A DNA stretch of 64,000 bases. It comes from an uncultured Gemmatimonadota bacterium. GTDB lineage: Bacteria; SM23-81; DAOVCL01. The notes below the pieces were generated by a model. It had not been told where the DNA came from. It did no database searches and saw only the letters and a list, made by a program, of their open reading frames with translations. The position numbers and the translations under genes are program-made. The stretch covers positions 20,912 through 84,911 of the forward strand of contig CAZVGK010000012.1 of assembly GCA_964626665.1 (NCBI GenBank), in the 5' to 3' direction. Below are positions 53,925-63,982 of the stretch, in pieces. The first letter of the stretch is position 1, and each line of letters begins with the position of its first letter.

Positions 53925-55676
53925 ATGAAAAAGCTCATGTTTGGCATTTTGGTAACTGCATTGGTGGCTTTGGTAATTGTGCCCACATATGCACAGGTGG
54001 AGATGATTTCCAATGGTGGGTTTGAGACCTGGACCAATGGGCCAAATAACGATCCCGATGACTGGCTATCTGAGACATCTGGGATAAGTGCACGGCAGGA
54101 GGGGACCATTGTCCATGGGGGAAATTATAGTGCCAAATTGAAATTGACCTCGTCGACTGAGACCCAGAGGTTTACCCAGGTGATAAGTGGAATCACTGCC
54201 GGCAATGATTATACTTTCTCTTTTTATGCTCTGGACAATGACACCACGGCAAGGGCCAGAGTCTGTATCCGCTGGTATGATAATGTAGGAGGGTTTATAA
54301 GTGGATATTATGGCAGTTATACTAGCGATAACCCGGCCTGGCAACAGTTATCCTCAGGTGCCAAAACTGCGCCAGCGGGAGCGGTGGAAGCACATGCGGA
54401 GATCAGACTTTATGATACCGCTGGCTTTCAAGACAGTGCCTTTATCTGTGTGGATGATGCCTCTTTCTTGGGGCCGAGCGGCGACACAACTCCACCTACA
54501 GTGAACATAGCCTTTGCCACCGGGCAGACTGGTCTGGATGTGCATTTCAGCGAGGCAGTGGACGAGACCTCCTCTGAGAATGCTGCCCATTACACTTTGA
54601 CCAGCGGACTTGCTATTTCTGACGTCTCCAGGGATGTGTCAGATCTGTCTATTGTTCATCTTACCACAGGGAATCAAACCAATGGATTGGCAGATACCTT
54701 GATTGTAAATGGGGTGGCTGATACATCAAGTAATACGATGACTATCCCTGATACTGTTGCATTCAGAGAGGGATTCACCCCCATTTCTATGATTCAGACC
54801 CCTATCCCACCACCTAAAGATGGAGATCAATCTCAACTTCTGAATGAGATAGTAACCATTACAGGGATAGTCACTGCCGATACGAGCACCTACTCCCACT
54901 ATTATGTATACATCCAGGATGGTGACGGAACCTGGAGCGGAATAAAGGCCCACTTCACCGCCTGGGGAGCCCTGGAAGGCGATAGTGTAACCGTTGCTGG
55001 GCAGGTGATAGAGTACTACGGAGAGACTGAAGTAGAAGCCCAGGGCGTTTATTATGTGGTTAATAGCTCTGGCCACGAGTTACCACCCCCCGTAGTGGTA
55101 CATACAGGGGATGTGGCCACAGGTTCTGCCACTGCGGAGTCATACGAGGGGGTGCTCATCCAGGTTAGTAAAGCCTGGGTTACCAACGACAGTTTGGGCC
55201 ATGGGGAATGGGAGATATGTGACGGCCCCTGGGATTCCTGCATGGTTGGCCATGCCGCTGAATACTCCTATACTCCGGAATTAGGTGACACTGTTAGTGT
55301 TATTGGTGTTCTGCGCTACGCCTATGGGAATTTCAGGATTGATCCTCGGTATGATGCTGACATTGATACTACCATTGTTGGGGTAAGGGTTAGTGATCTA
55401 TCTGCGATCCCAGGTTCTTTCTCCCTTTCCCAGAATTATCCTAACCCCTTTAACCCGACGACGCAGATCACTTTCTCTCTACCTACGGAGGCACAGGTGA
55501 GGTTAACCATCTACAACATCGTCGGCCAGAAAGTTGCCGAATTGGTGAATGAGAAGTTGGATGCGGGAAGTTATCGGGTAAACTGGGATGCGAAATCCTT
55601 CACCAGTGGGGTCTACTTCTACAGGATAGAGGCGGGGAAGTATCGGATGACCAGGAAGATGGTTTTGCTCAAGTAG
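53925..55676 (+). CDS. Secreted protein: CBM-like beta-sandwich, Ig-like and OB-fold (YhcR-like) domains, T9SS-A-like CTD
   Basis: Signal peptide, ISNGGFETW, VTITGIVTA..YIQD..WSGI..GDSVTVAGQVIEYYGETE, ESYEGVLI, PRYDADI, QNYPNPFNPTT. Confidence 0.85.
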   Translation: MKKLMFGILVTALVALVIVPTYAQVEMISNGGFETWTNGPNNDPDDWLSETSGISARQEGTIVHGGNYSAKLKLTSSTETQRFTQVISGITAGNDYTFSFYALDNDTTARARVCIRWYDNVGGFISGYYGSYTSDNPAWQQLSSGAKTAPAGAVEAHAEIRLYDTAGFQDSAFICVDDASFLGPSGDTTPPTVNIAFATGQTGLDVHFSEAVDETSSENAAHYTLTSGLAISDVSRDVSDLSIVHLTTGNQTNGLADTLIVNGVADTSSNTMTIPDTVAFREGFTPISMIQTPIPPPKDGDQSQLLNEIVTITGIVTADTSTYSHYYVYIQDGDGTWSGIKAHFTAWGALEGDSVTVAGQVIEYYGETEVEAQGVYYVVNSSGHELPPPVVVHTGDVATGSATAESYEGVLIQVSKAWVTNDSLGHGEWEICDGPWDSCMVGHAAEYSYTPELGDTVSVIGVLRYAYGNFRIDPRYDADIDTTIVGVRVSDLSAIPGSFSLSQNYPNPFNPTTQITFSLPTEAQVRLTIYNIVGQKVAELVNEKLDAGSYRVNWDAKSFTSGVYFYRIEAGKYRMTRKMVLLK

Positions 55677-55700
55677 ATGCTGAAAAGAAGTGCCGCTTTT

Positions 55701-55737
55701 AGGAGGGCAGGGGCTCTCTCCCTGCCCTCCTTTTTTT
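55701..55737 (+). terminator. Rho-independent terminator
   Basis: AGGAGGGCAGGG-N7-CCCTGCCCTCCT-TTTTTT. Confidence 0.85.
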
Positions 55738-55784
55738 GCGAAAATTAAGTGAGAATGCCCGACCGCTTACGGTGGGTATGAATC

Positions 55785-55809
55785 GTGGCAGAACGGGGGT
55801 TCTGCCACC
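55785..55809. repeat. REP-like GGTGGCAGAA palindrome, reverse orientation
   Basis: GTGGCAGAACGGGGGTTCTGCCACC. Confidence 0.75.
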
Positions 55810-55842
55810 TCGTTTTTGAGATTATACCTAAGGAAGGAGGTT

Positions 55843-58800
55843 ATGATGTTTACTCGGCAGAAGCTAATGTTTGGCATTTTTATAATTGTATTAGCGGCAT
55901 TAGTGATTGTGCCGGCATATGGCCAGGTGGAAATGATCTCCAATGGTGGGTTTGAGACCTGGACTAATGGGCCAAATAACGATCCTGATGACTGGCTATC
56001 GGAGACATCTGGGATAAGTGCGCGGCAGGAAGGGACACTTGTTCATGGGGGGAGCTATAGTGTCAAATTGAAGTTGACCTCCACTTCTACGCAGATATTT
56101 ATGCAGATAATAAGTGGAATCTCTGCTGGTAATGATTACACGTTCTCCTTTTATGCCCTTGATACTACCAGCGTGGCAAGGGCCAGGGTCTGTATCCGTT
56201 GGTATGATAGTGGAGCAGCTCTTATCAGTGGATATTATGGTGGTTATACTACTGACAACCAGAATTGGCAATATGTATCCTCCGGTGCTCAAACCGCACC
56301 AACAAATGCCGTGGAAGCACATGCGGAGGTTAGGCTTTATGATACCGCCGGCTTCGCAGACAGTGCTTTCATTTATGTGGATGGTGCCTCCTTCTTAGGG
56401 CCAGGAGCGGACACAGCCCCGCCGACGGTAAGTATAGCCCTTGCCACTGGGCAGACGGGTATGGATGTGCATTTCAGTGAGGCTGTAGATGAGACTTCTT
56501 CGGAAAATACTGCTCACTATACCCTTACCAGTGGGCTGAATATATCGAGTGCCTCCAGGGATGGCTCGGATAGCAGCATCGTTCATCTAACCACTGCCAG
56601 TCAGACCAATGGGATGGCCGATACCCTGATCGTATCAGGGGTAGCGGATACAGCAGGGAACCCGATAACAACCCCAGATTCCGTGGGCTTCCGGGATGGT
56701 ATCACCCCCATCTCCACTGTTCAGGACACATCTTCTGATGGGGATACCTCCCTCTTAGAGGGGGAGACGGTGACCATCTCCGGCCTTGTTATCGCCTCCT
56801 TCGGTAGTTACAACTTCTATTTTCTGGAAAATTCGCCCGGTGGCCCCTGGAGTGGCATCTTAGTCTATGATTCTGACCATTCACCTACGGTGGGAGATAG
56901 CCTCACCCTGGCTGGGGTGGTGGAGGAGTATTTCTACTCTTGTGGGGGGAGGGGGAAGACCGAGATAACCCCAGTGGTGTACTACGGCCTGCAGAGCACC
57001 GGGAACAGCCTCCCCGATCCCGAACTGGTGAACACGGGAGATGTGAGCAATAGCTCCCCCACGGCGGAGATGTATGAGGGCGTGTTGATAAAGCTGACCG
57101 GTGTGCAGGTGGTGGGAGAGTTTGATGAGTGGGATGAATGGAAGGTGGCCAATATCGGTGAGGATTCCCTGGTCGTTGGCCACCACAGCACCTACAGCTA
57201 TATTCCCTCGCTGGGCGATAGCCTCAATCTCACCGGTCCTCTCAACTATGCCCATTGTAACTACAAGATTGATCCCCGGGGTGACTCAGACATCGTCCTG
57301 CTCACCGATCCACCTCCCCAGATTTCCGGTGTATCCCAGGTGCCCACCTATCCAAGTAGCAGCGATACGGTGGTGATTTCAGGCAAAGTTATTGATGTCG
57401 AAGCAGGCAAAAGCATCAGTTCGGTCTGGCTTCTTTACTCTATAGATTCTGGCCCCTATGACAGCACGGCGATGCTGGATGATGGGAACCCTCCCGATCA
57501 AGCTGCGGGTGACTCCATCTACACCGCCCAAATTCTCCCCCAGGCAAATGGCACCTTAGTCGATTACTACTTGAAGGCTATGGATAATGCTGGACAGGTG
57601 ACTACCAGCCCCTCCAATGCTCCGACAACAACCTACTCTTATACCGTGGGAGAACTTCCTCCTGCTGTGGTTATAAATGAGGTCTATTACGACTCGCCCG
57701 GGACAGATACCCTTACCTTTACCGAGCTCAAAGGAGATCCAGGGACAAGCTTAGAGGGATACAATCTGGTTGGGGTTAATGGAGCAGACGGCGCGACATA
57801 TCGGACGATTTCCCTCACTGGTACCATACCCACTGATGGTTATTTTGTCGTTGCTCAAGATGAGGGGGTGGCAAATTACGATCTTATCGCCAATGTGGAT
57901 TGGCAGAACGGACCGGATAATCTTCTCCTGACATTCCCTTCAGGGGATACGGTAGATGCAGTGGGCTATGGTCCACCTGACACAAGCACCTGGCACTTCG
58001 TTGGTGAAACCATCCCGGCACCAGATGTTAGCGGAGGCAGCAGCTTGGGGCGGTATCCGGATGGGAGTGATACCGATACCAACAGCATTGACTTCGCCAC
58101 ATTTGGTTCACCTACTCCAGGTGAGGCCAATGAGTATCCCCCACCCTTACCACGCACAATTCATCAAATTCAATATACCACGGATCCCTCCGGTGACTCG
58201 CCATACAAGGATTGCACGGTGGTGACCAGCGGTATAGTTACGGCTGGCTCAGGAGTCTTCAACAGCGAAGGTTTTTACCTGCAGGATGGCGATGGGGCCT
58301 GGGATGGGATACTGGTCTACCATAATGCCGATAGCGTTGCCCAAGGAGATAGTGTCACCGTCACCGGGCAAGTGGCCGAACACTCCGGTAAGACGGAGAT
58401 TACCGGCATCATCGACCTGACCGTAAATAGTTCCGGTAACTCACTCCCAAATCCCACTTTGCTCACTCCCGGTGAGGTGGATACCTCCGAGGCCTATGAG
58501 GGGGTGCTGGTAAAGGTTGTCAGCGTTGTTGTGGTGGATACTATGGATGGAAACGGTGAATGGAAGGTAGAGGGGTCGGATACCTGTATAGTGGATGACG
58601 ATGGTCAATACACCTACGAACCCCACTTAAGTGACACCCTGGATATAACCGGCATCGTGAACTACTCCTACGGAGACTTCAAGCTCGAGCCCCGTTATGA
58701 TGCTGACATTGTTCTCGGTGGTGTTGGGGTAAAGTATGCAGGTCAGGCTGGGGTTCCAGTTTCTTTCTCCCTCTCTCAGAACTATCCCAATCCATTTAAT

Positions 58801-59055
58801 CCGACTACAGCGATCAGCTATCAGTTGTCAGGGGTCAGGCCGCACCCCACCACTCTGAAAGTCTATAATGTGCTGGGGCAGTTGGTGAAGACTCTGGTGG
58901 ACAAGGAGCAAGCCCCCGGCCGTTACTCCATTCTCTGGGACGGGAGGGATAGCTCGGGGAAGGAGGTTCCCAGTGGGATCTACCTCTGTAGGTTAAAGCT
59001 AATGGGTGGTAGGTTAAAGGTTACAAAGACGAGGAAGATGGTCCTCTTGAGATAG
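55843..59055 (+). CDS. Large secreted protein: CBM-like, Ig-like, two OB-fold modules, lamin-tail domain, FlgD-Ig/T9SS-A-like CTD
   Basis: AAGGAGG RBS; N-terminus paralogous to the 53925 gene; VVINEVYYD..FTEL (LTD); two OB modules; QNYPNPFNPTT...WDGRDSSG...SGIY. Confidence 0.87.
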   Translation: MMFTRQKLMFGIFIIVLAALVIVPAYGQVEMISNGGFETWTNGPNNDPDDWLSETSGISARQEGTLVHGGSYSVKLKLTSTSTQIFMQIISGISAGNDYTFSFYALDTTSVARARVCIRWYDSGAALISGYYGGYTTDNQNWQYVSSGAQTAPTNAVEAHAEVRLYDTAGFADSAFIYVDGASFLGPGADTAPPTVSIALATGQTGMDVHFSEAVDETSSENTAHYTLTSGLNISSASRDGSDSSIVHLTTASQTNGMADTLIVSGVADTAGNPITTPDSVGFRDGITPISTVQDTSSDGDTSLLEGETVTISGLVIASFGSYNFYFLENSPGGPWSGILVYDSDHSPTVGDSLTLAGVVEEYFYSCGGRGKTEITPVVYYGLQSTGNSLPDPELVNTGDVSNSSPTAEMYEGVLIKLTGVQVVGEFDEWDEWKVANIGEDSLVVGHHSTYSYIPSLGDSLNLTGPLNYAHCNYKIDPRGDSDIVLLTDPPPQISGVSQVPTYPSSSDTVVISGKVIDVEAGKSISSVWLLYSIDSGPYDSTAMLDDGNPPDQAAGDSIYTAQILPQANGTLVDYYLKAMDNAGQVTTSPSNAPTTTYSYTVGELPPAVVINEVYYDSPGTDTLTFTELKGDPGTSLEGYNLVGVNGADGATYRTISLTGTIPTDGYFVVAQDEGVANYDLIANVDWQNGPDNLLLTFPSGDTVDAVGYGPPDTSTWHFVGETIPAPDVSGGSSLGRYPDGSDTDTNSIDFATFGSPTPGEANEYPPPLPRTIHQIQYTTDPSGDSPYKDCTVVTSGIVTAGSGVFNSEGFYLQDGDGAWDGILVYHNADSVAQGDSVTVTGQVAEHSGKTEITGIIDLTVNSSGNSLPNPTLLTPGEVDTSEAYEGVLVKVVSVVVVDTMDGNGEWKVEGSDTCIVDDDGQYTYEPHLSDTLDITGIVNYSYGDFKLEPRYDADIVLGGVGVKYAGQAGVPVSFSLSQNYPNPFNPTTAISYQLSGVRPHPTTLKVYNVLGQLVKTLVDKEQAPGRYSILWDGRDSSGKEVPSGIYLCRLKLMGGRLKVTKTRKMVLLR

Positions 59056-59078
59056 CACAATATCTTCCTTGGTGAGCA

Positions 59079-59114
59079 AAGGGTGGAGGGTTCCCCTCCA
59101 CCCTTCTTTTATTT
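59079..59114 (+). terminator. Rho-independent terminator
   Basis: AAGGGTGGAGGG-TTC-CCCTCCACCCTT-CTTTTATTT. Confidence 0.8.
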
Positions 59115-59768
59115 GAAAAAATAGTAAAAAATAGGGACACTTCCTATTTTTAGGCTATCTTCCTCGAATTCCCATCTGGTTAGGTATCACTTCTTTTTAT
59201 ACAGTTTCTACCAACAAGGTTCTCACAGATCTATCTCCATTTAAAATGCCTTTCCTCTGAGGAGGGTTCTCTTGAACCCGCGCAGGAGAGAATACCAAGA
59301 GAAAATGGGGAGTGTCCCCATTTTACCATTTGGGTGGGGCTCTTAAATTTTGCTCTTGAAGAAACGGGCATTTTGTTTATATTGGCCTGAGAGGGGAGTG
59401 GCATGAGTTTTTATTCGGTAAAGGTTTGAGGCCCCTTTCCTCCTGGCGGATGAGTCGAATCGGAGGGGAGGATGGATAAGGGAAACATTTCATCTGTGGT
59501 AACTTCACCACGGATAACCATGGACTATGCAGGGGGGAACAGGGATCAGTAATTAGTTTACCGGGATTAGGGATCAGGAGTAGCCAGCATAAGCTGAATT
59601 TTTAATTCCCAATTCTTAATTGCTTTTTCCCGTGTGATTCCGTGAATTTCCGTGGTAAATTATCTATTCGTGTCATTCGTGTTCCAAAGATTTGGTGAAA
59701 TCTGTGTAATCCGTGGCTATTGTTTGGTTGCGGGTTTGCTGTGGGGTGTAAATCCCGGGTGAACTGTT

Positions 59769-60434
59769 ATGAAGATAATCGAGAAGCTGATTGCAAATAT
59801 AGGGGGAAGCTACTCTCAGGTTCTGGGGATTGGCCTGGAGTCCCTTAATCCAACCGATCTCTTCAAGTGGTTTCTGGCCTCCCTTCTCTTTGGAGCAAGA
59901 ATTTCAGAGGGGATAGCCATCCGTACATTTGAGGAGTTCCAGAAGGAGGGTTTGGACTCTGCCCAGAAGATCCTGGAGAGGGGATGGAATGGCTTGGTGG
60001 AGGTGTTGGATAGAGGGGGATATGCGAGGTATGATTTCAAGACGGCGACCAAACTACTGGGAGTATGTGAGAACCTTCTGAGTAGATATGGGGCAGATCT
60101 GAACCTTCTCCACCGGCAATCCAGGGATGCCCGAGATCTGGAAAGTAGACTCAAACAATTGGGCAAAGGAATAGGGAAGGTGACCGTAAACATATTTCTC
60201 CGGGAGTTGAGGGGGATATGGGAGAAGGCCAATCCCCCCTTACAGGGGTTGGCCTTGGAAGCCGCTCTCAACTTAGGTTTGGTCTCCTCACCCCAGGGGG
60301 CTTTAGGTCAGCTTGCTGCCTACGGAAACCGCCAATTGGAGCCTGCCCTTTTAAGGCTGGGCAAGAATTACTGCCAAAAGGGAAGATGCCATCAGTGCCC
60401 AATGGTGGGGGTGTGTCTGAGGAGAGGCCGTTAA
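59769..60434 (+). CDS. HhH-GPD/endonuclease III-like protein with C-terminal four-Cys cluster
   Basis: FKWFLASLLFGARI, GGYARYD, HhH LGKGIGKVTVNIFLRE, C-X4-C-X2-C-X5-C tail. Confidence 0.72.
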   Translation: MKIIEKLIANIGGSYSQVLGIGLESLNPTDLFKWFLASLLFGARISEGIAIRTFEEFQKEGLDSAQKILERGWNGLVEVLDRGGYARYDFKTATKLLGVCENLLSRYGADLNLLHRQSRDARDLESRLKQLGKGIGKVTVNIFLRELRGIWEKANPPLQGLALEAALNLGLVSSPQGALGQLAAYGNRQLEPALLRLGKNYCQKGRCHQCPMVGVCLRRGR

Positions 60435-61456
60435 GGGAGGCTCTCCTCTACGAACAGCTATCCTCAGGGAGGGTGAGATGTAACCTCTGTCAGAGGAGAT
60501 GCTTGATTGAGCCCGATGGGTTGGGTTACTGTGCGGTGAGGATTAACCGAGGGGGAAGGCTCTATACCCTGGTCTATGGGGCTATCTCCACCTACAGGCC
60601 AGCTCCTATGGAGATAAAGCCCCTCTACCACTTCCATCCAGGTGAATGGGCCTTCTCTTTGGGAAGTTGGGGGTGTAACTTCCGATGCATAGGCTGCCAA
60701 AACTGGGAGATAGCCCATATTAAGCTCAAAGGGGAGCAGGGAAGGGAAGAGTTTCTCCCCCCTGAGCGGGCCATATCTATGGCTAAAGAGCAAAATTGTC
60801 AGGGGATCTCCTTCACCTACAATGAGCCAACTATCTGGTTTGAGTATTGCTTGGATACGGCCAAGAAGGCCAAAGAAGAGGGTCTCCACACCAGCTTCAT
60901 TACCAATGGTTTCATCACCCCGGAGGCATTGGACCTGATAGGCCCTTACTTGGACGCCTATCGGGTAGATGTAAAATCCTTCTCCAAGAGTTTCTACAGG
61001 AAAATTGCACGAGTAGATGATTTTCAGGGGATACTGGAGGTGGCTGAAAGGGCTAAGCTGAAGTGGGGGATGCACTTAGAGGTCGTAACCAATCTGGTTC
61101 CCGGGCTCAACGATTCTCCAGATGAGCTAAAAAAACTGGCGAGATGGATAAGAGATAAACTGGGGCCGGATACTCCCTGGCATATAACCAGGTTCTTTCC
61201 CTACCTCAAACTTTCCCACCTCCCTCCTACCCCAATTCAAACCTTGGAAAGGGCCAGAGGGATAGGAATGGAGGAAGGCCTCAATTTCGTCTATCTGGGG
61301 AATCTCCCCGGCCATCCCTTTGAGAATACTTATTGCCCCTCCTGTGGGGAACTTTTGATAGAGAGGAGAAACACCCGCATTCTCTCTTATCGGATAGAGG
61401 AGGGAAAGTGCCCTCACTGTGGTCAGAAGATACCCATCGTGGGGGGAAACCAATGA
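60413..61456 (+). CDS. amrS: AmmeMemoRadiSam system radical SAM enzyme
   Basis: REALLYE, CNLCQRRC..GYCAVR, EIKPLYHFHPG, GCNFRCIGCQNW, FTYNEP, YLGN..TYCPSC; exact start uncertain. Confidence 0.92.
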   Translation: MSEERPLREALLYEQLSSGRVRCNLCQRRCLIEPDGLGYCAVRINRGGRLYTLVYGAISTYRPAPMEIKPLYHFHPGEWAFSLGSWGCNFRCIGCQNWEIAHIKLKGEQGREEFLPPERAISMAKEQNCQGISFTYNEPTIWFEYCLDTAKKAKEEGLHTSFITNGFITPEALDLIGPYLDAYRVDVKSFSKSFYRKIARVDDFQGILEVAERAKLKWGMHLEVVTNLVPGLNDSPDELKKLARWIRDKLGPDTPWHITRFFPYLKLSHLPPTPIQTLERARGIGMEEGLNFVYLGNLPGHPFENTYCPSCGELLIERRNTRILSYRIEEGKCPHCGQKIPIVGGNQ

Positions 61457-62160
61457 TAAACGTAGGCTGTTGCGGATTCCCCATAGCCCAAAGGAATTAT
61501 TATCGTCAATTCAAGGCGGTGGAGATCCAAAAGACCTTCTACCAGCCCCCTAAGCTCGAGGCTGCTCGAAGGTGGAGGGAGGAAGCACCAGAGGACTTCG
61601 ATTTCACCCTCAAGGCCTGGCAACTTATTACCCATCCATCCCAGAGTCCAACCTACCGGAGGGCCAAGGTGGAGATCTCCCTATCCAAGAGGGAAAACTA
61701 CGGATACTTCCGCCCCACAGATGAGGTCTTTGCTGCCTGGGAGGAGACCAGAAGGATAGCCCAGGCCCTCAGGGCTACGCTGGTTGTTTTTCAGTGCCCG
61801 GCCAGCTTTCGGCCAACCCCGGAGAGTATGAGGAATATGGAGAAATTCTTCACTAAGGCCAAAAGAGGCGGGCTGCTCTTTGGCTGGGAGCCAAGGGGAG
61901 TGTGGAAGGGGGAAGAGATTAAAGGATTATGCCGTTCCCTTGACCTCCTCCATATCGTGGATCCATTCAAATCCCAGGTTGCCTATGGCTCGATTAACTA
62001 CTTCCGCCTCCACGGAAGGGAGGGCTACCGGTATAGGTATTCCGAAGAGGAGCTCTGGCAGTTGAAGGGATGGGCAGAGGAAAGGCCAACCTGGGTTATG
62101 TTCAACAATGTCTATATGCTGGAGGATTCGCTCAGGTTTTCCCAGCTCTTAGGGGAGTAA
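61453..62160 (+). CDS. DUF72 domain-containing protein
   Basis: INVGCCGF, VEIQKTFY, FTLKAWQLITH, FQCPASF, YFRLHG, VMFNN. Confidence 0.92.
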   Translation: MINVGCCGFPIAQRNYYRQFKAVEIQKTFYQPPKLEAARRWREEAPEDFDFTLKAWQLITHPSQSPTYRRAKVEISLSKRENYGYFRPTDEVFAAWEETRRIAQALRATLVVFQCPASFRPTPESMRNMEKFFTKAKRGGLLFGWEPRGVWKGEEIKGLCRSLDLLHIVDPFKSQVAYGSINYFRLHGREGYRYRYSEEELWQLKGWAEERPTWVMFNNVYMLEDSLRFSQLLGE

Positions 62161-62508
62161 ACATTAAGCAATAAAAGTCCTTGACTATCCAGGGGGGGAG
62201 TCTATAAATTTAAAAAGTTAAAGGATTCCCATTTTCGGGGGAGATTGAAGGGATAGTCAGGGTAACTCACCATGATTTATTATTGAAAACTGAGAATCCC
62301 TGGTATAAGAAACTCGGCGGGGGAATTTCACAGGAAATCCCTGTTAAGTTAGGATTAAACTTTTGGCGATTTCGGTGTTATGCGGTGGTTTCTCTAATAT
62401 TTTAGGGTAAAAATCCCGTAAATCCTGTTATCCTGTCAAAAAAGCCCTGTCACTTACGGCCAAGTTTTTAAAACCATCCTTTTGGTTATATTCAGGAGAA
62501 AGTAAAAA

Positions 62509-63210
62509 ATGAGCAAGAACAACCAATCCTACAACCTGCGCATCCGCGATCTCCCTGCGGAGGATAAACCCCGGGAGAAGCTGCGGAAACAGGGGCCGGC
62601 AGCTCTGAGGAACTACGAGCTGATGGCCGTGATCCTGGGAAGGGGGACGAAAAGGGAGGGTATCCTTGAGCTCTCCCAGAGAATTATGGCTCAATATGGG
62701 GGGCAGGCGATCTTCACCGAGGGAGATGTGGGAAAAATAGAGAAGGTCTTGGGCCTCTCACCAGTGCAGGCCTGTCAAGTGGTGGCCGCCTTCGAATTGG
62801 GCAGACGGATGTTTGGCAGACAGACCGAGGTCTTTCTCAGATCCCCAGAGGAGGTCTTCGAGTATGCAAAGGATATGGCCAGGCTTAAGCAGGAACATCT
62901 CCGGGGGCTCTATTTAGATACCAGAAATAAGCTCATCAGGGATGAGGTAATCACCATCGGCACTTTGAACGAAAGCCTCGCCCACCCCAGGGAGATCTTT
63001 CATCCAGCGGTGGAGGTCCATGCCGCCGCCATTATCCTCGTCCACAACCACCCCTCAGGAGATCCTTTCCCCAGCAGAGACGATATCGAATTGACCAAAC
63101 AGATTTATGAGGCGAGCAAGCTTATGGAGATAGAAATCCTTGACCATGTGATCATCGGCGACAGGAAATATTACAGCCTTAAGGAGAAAACGGAGATCTG
63201 GGGAAGATAA
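62509..63210 (+). CDS. radC: RadC/JAB domain protein
   Basis: PREKL..G, IGTLNESLAHPREIF, LVHNHPSGD, ILDHVII. Confidence 0.96.
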   Translation: MSKNNQSYNLRIRDLPAEDKPREKLRKQGPAALRNYELMAVILGRGTKREGILELSQRIMAQYGGQAIFTEGDVGKIEKVLGLSPVQACQVVAAFELGRRMFGRQTEVFLRSPEEVFEYAKDMARLKQEHLRGLYLDTRNKLIRDEVITIGTLNESLAHPREIFHPAVEVHAAAIILVHNHPSGDPFPSRDDIELTKQIYEASKLMEIEILDHVIIGDRKYYSLKEKTEIWGR

Positions 63211-63211
63211 G

Positions 63212-63982
63212 ATGCTGAACGAATCAGACACCCGGGCGAAGCTTATTGATCCCAAACTTCATCGATCTGGTTGGCAGGAGAAGAGGATTCTACGGGAGAT
63301 AGATATCACTCAAGGCCAAATTTATTTAGTTGGCGAAGAGCCAAAGAGGAGAGAGAAGAGAAGGCCGGATTATATTCTCCTCTATAAACCATCTTTCCCC
63401 ATTGCCGTGGTTGAGGCCAAAGATGAGTCCCATTCACCACTGGCTGGGCTCCAACGGGCCAAGAAATATGCTAAGGTATTGGATGTCCAGTTTGCCTATT
63501 CGACCAATGGGTACGGAATCGAAGAGTTCGATTTTACTACCAATCAGCAGACAGCCCTCTCACAATTTCCCTCTCCCGATGAGCTCTGGCGGAGATACTG
63601 GGTTTCCAAATCACCTTCTGGTTTAAAAAAGGCAGCAGAGGCGAAAGATCTATTTGGGAATCCCTTACTTTACCCTTACTATCTTGAGCCTGGCGGTAAA
63701 ACTCCGCGGTATTATCAGGATGTGGCTATCAAGAGGGTGATAGAGGCTGTTCTTAACCACAAGAAACGCATCCTTTTGACAATGGCCACTGGCACAGGAA
63801 AGACCTATGTCGCCTTTCAGGTGGTATGGAAGCTGGTAAAATCAAAATATTTGCATCGAGTTCTCTATATTGCTGACAGGAATTTCCTAAGGGATCAGGC
63901 CCATAATAACGAGTTCTATCCCTTCGGCGATGCGCGGACCTATATCGGATCTTCCAGAGGCGATTTCACCGTAACTCTCTGA
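63212..63982 (+). pseudogene. hsdR: Type I restriction endonuclease subunit R (EcoEI/EcoAI-like), N-terminal part ending prematurely
   Basis: NESDTRAKLIDPKL, PDYIL..VVEAK nuclease motif, RYYQ, MATGTGKT (Walker A); stops at 256 aa, before the DEAH box. Confidence 0.8.

Noticed and set aside
55751-55785. IS200/IS605-like end hairpin (a similar motif at about 29337)
   Set aside because: Too degenerate, and no tnpA/tnpB nearby to support it.
60218-60412. N-terminal extension of amrS as given in the ORF track
   Set aside because: Overlaps the HhH gene by more than 200 nt; family similarity begins at about REALLYE.
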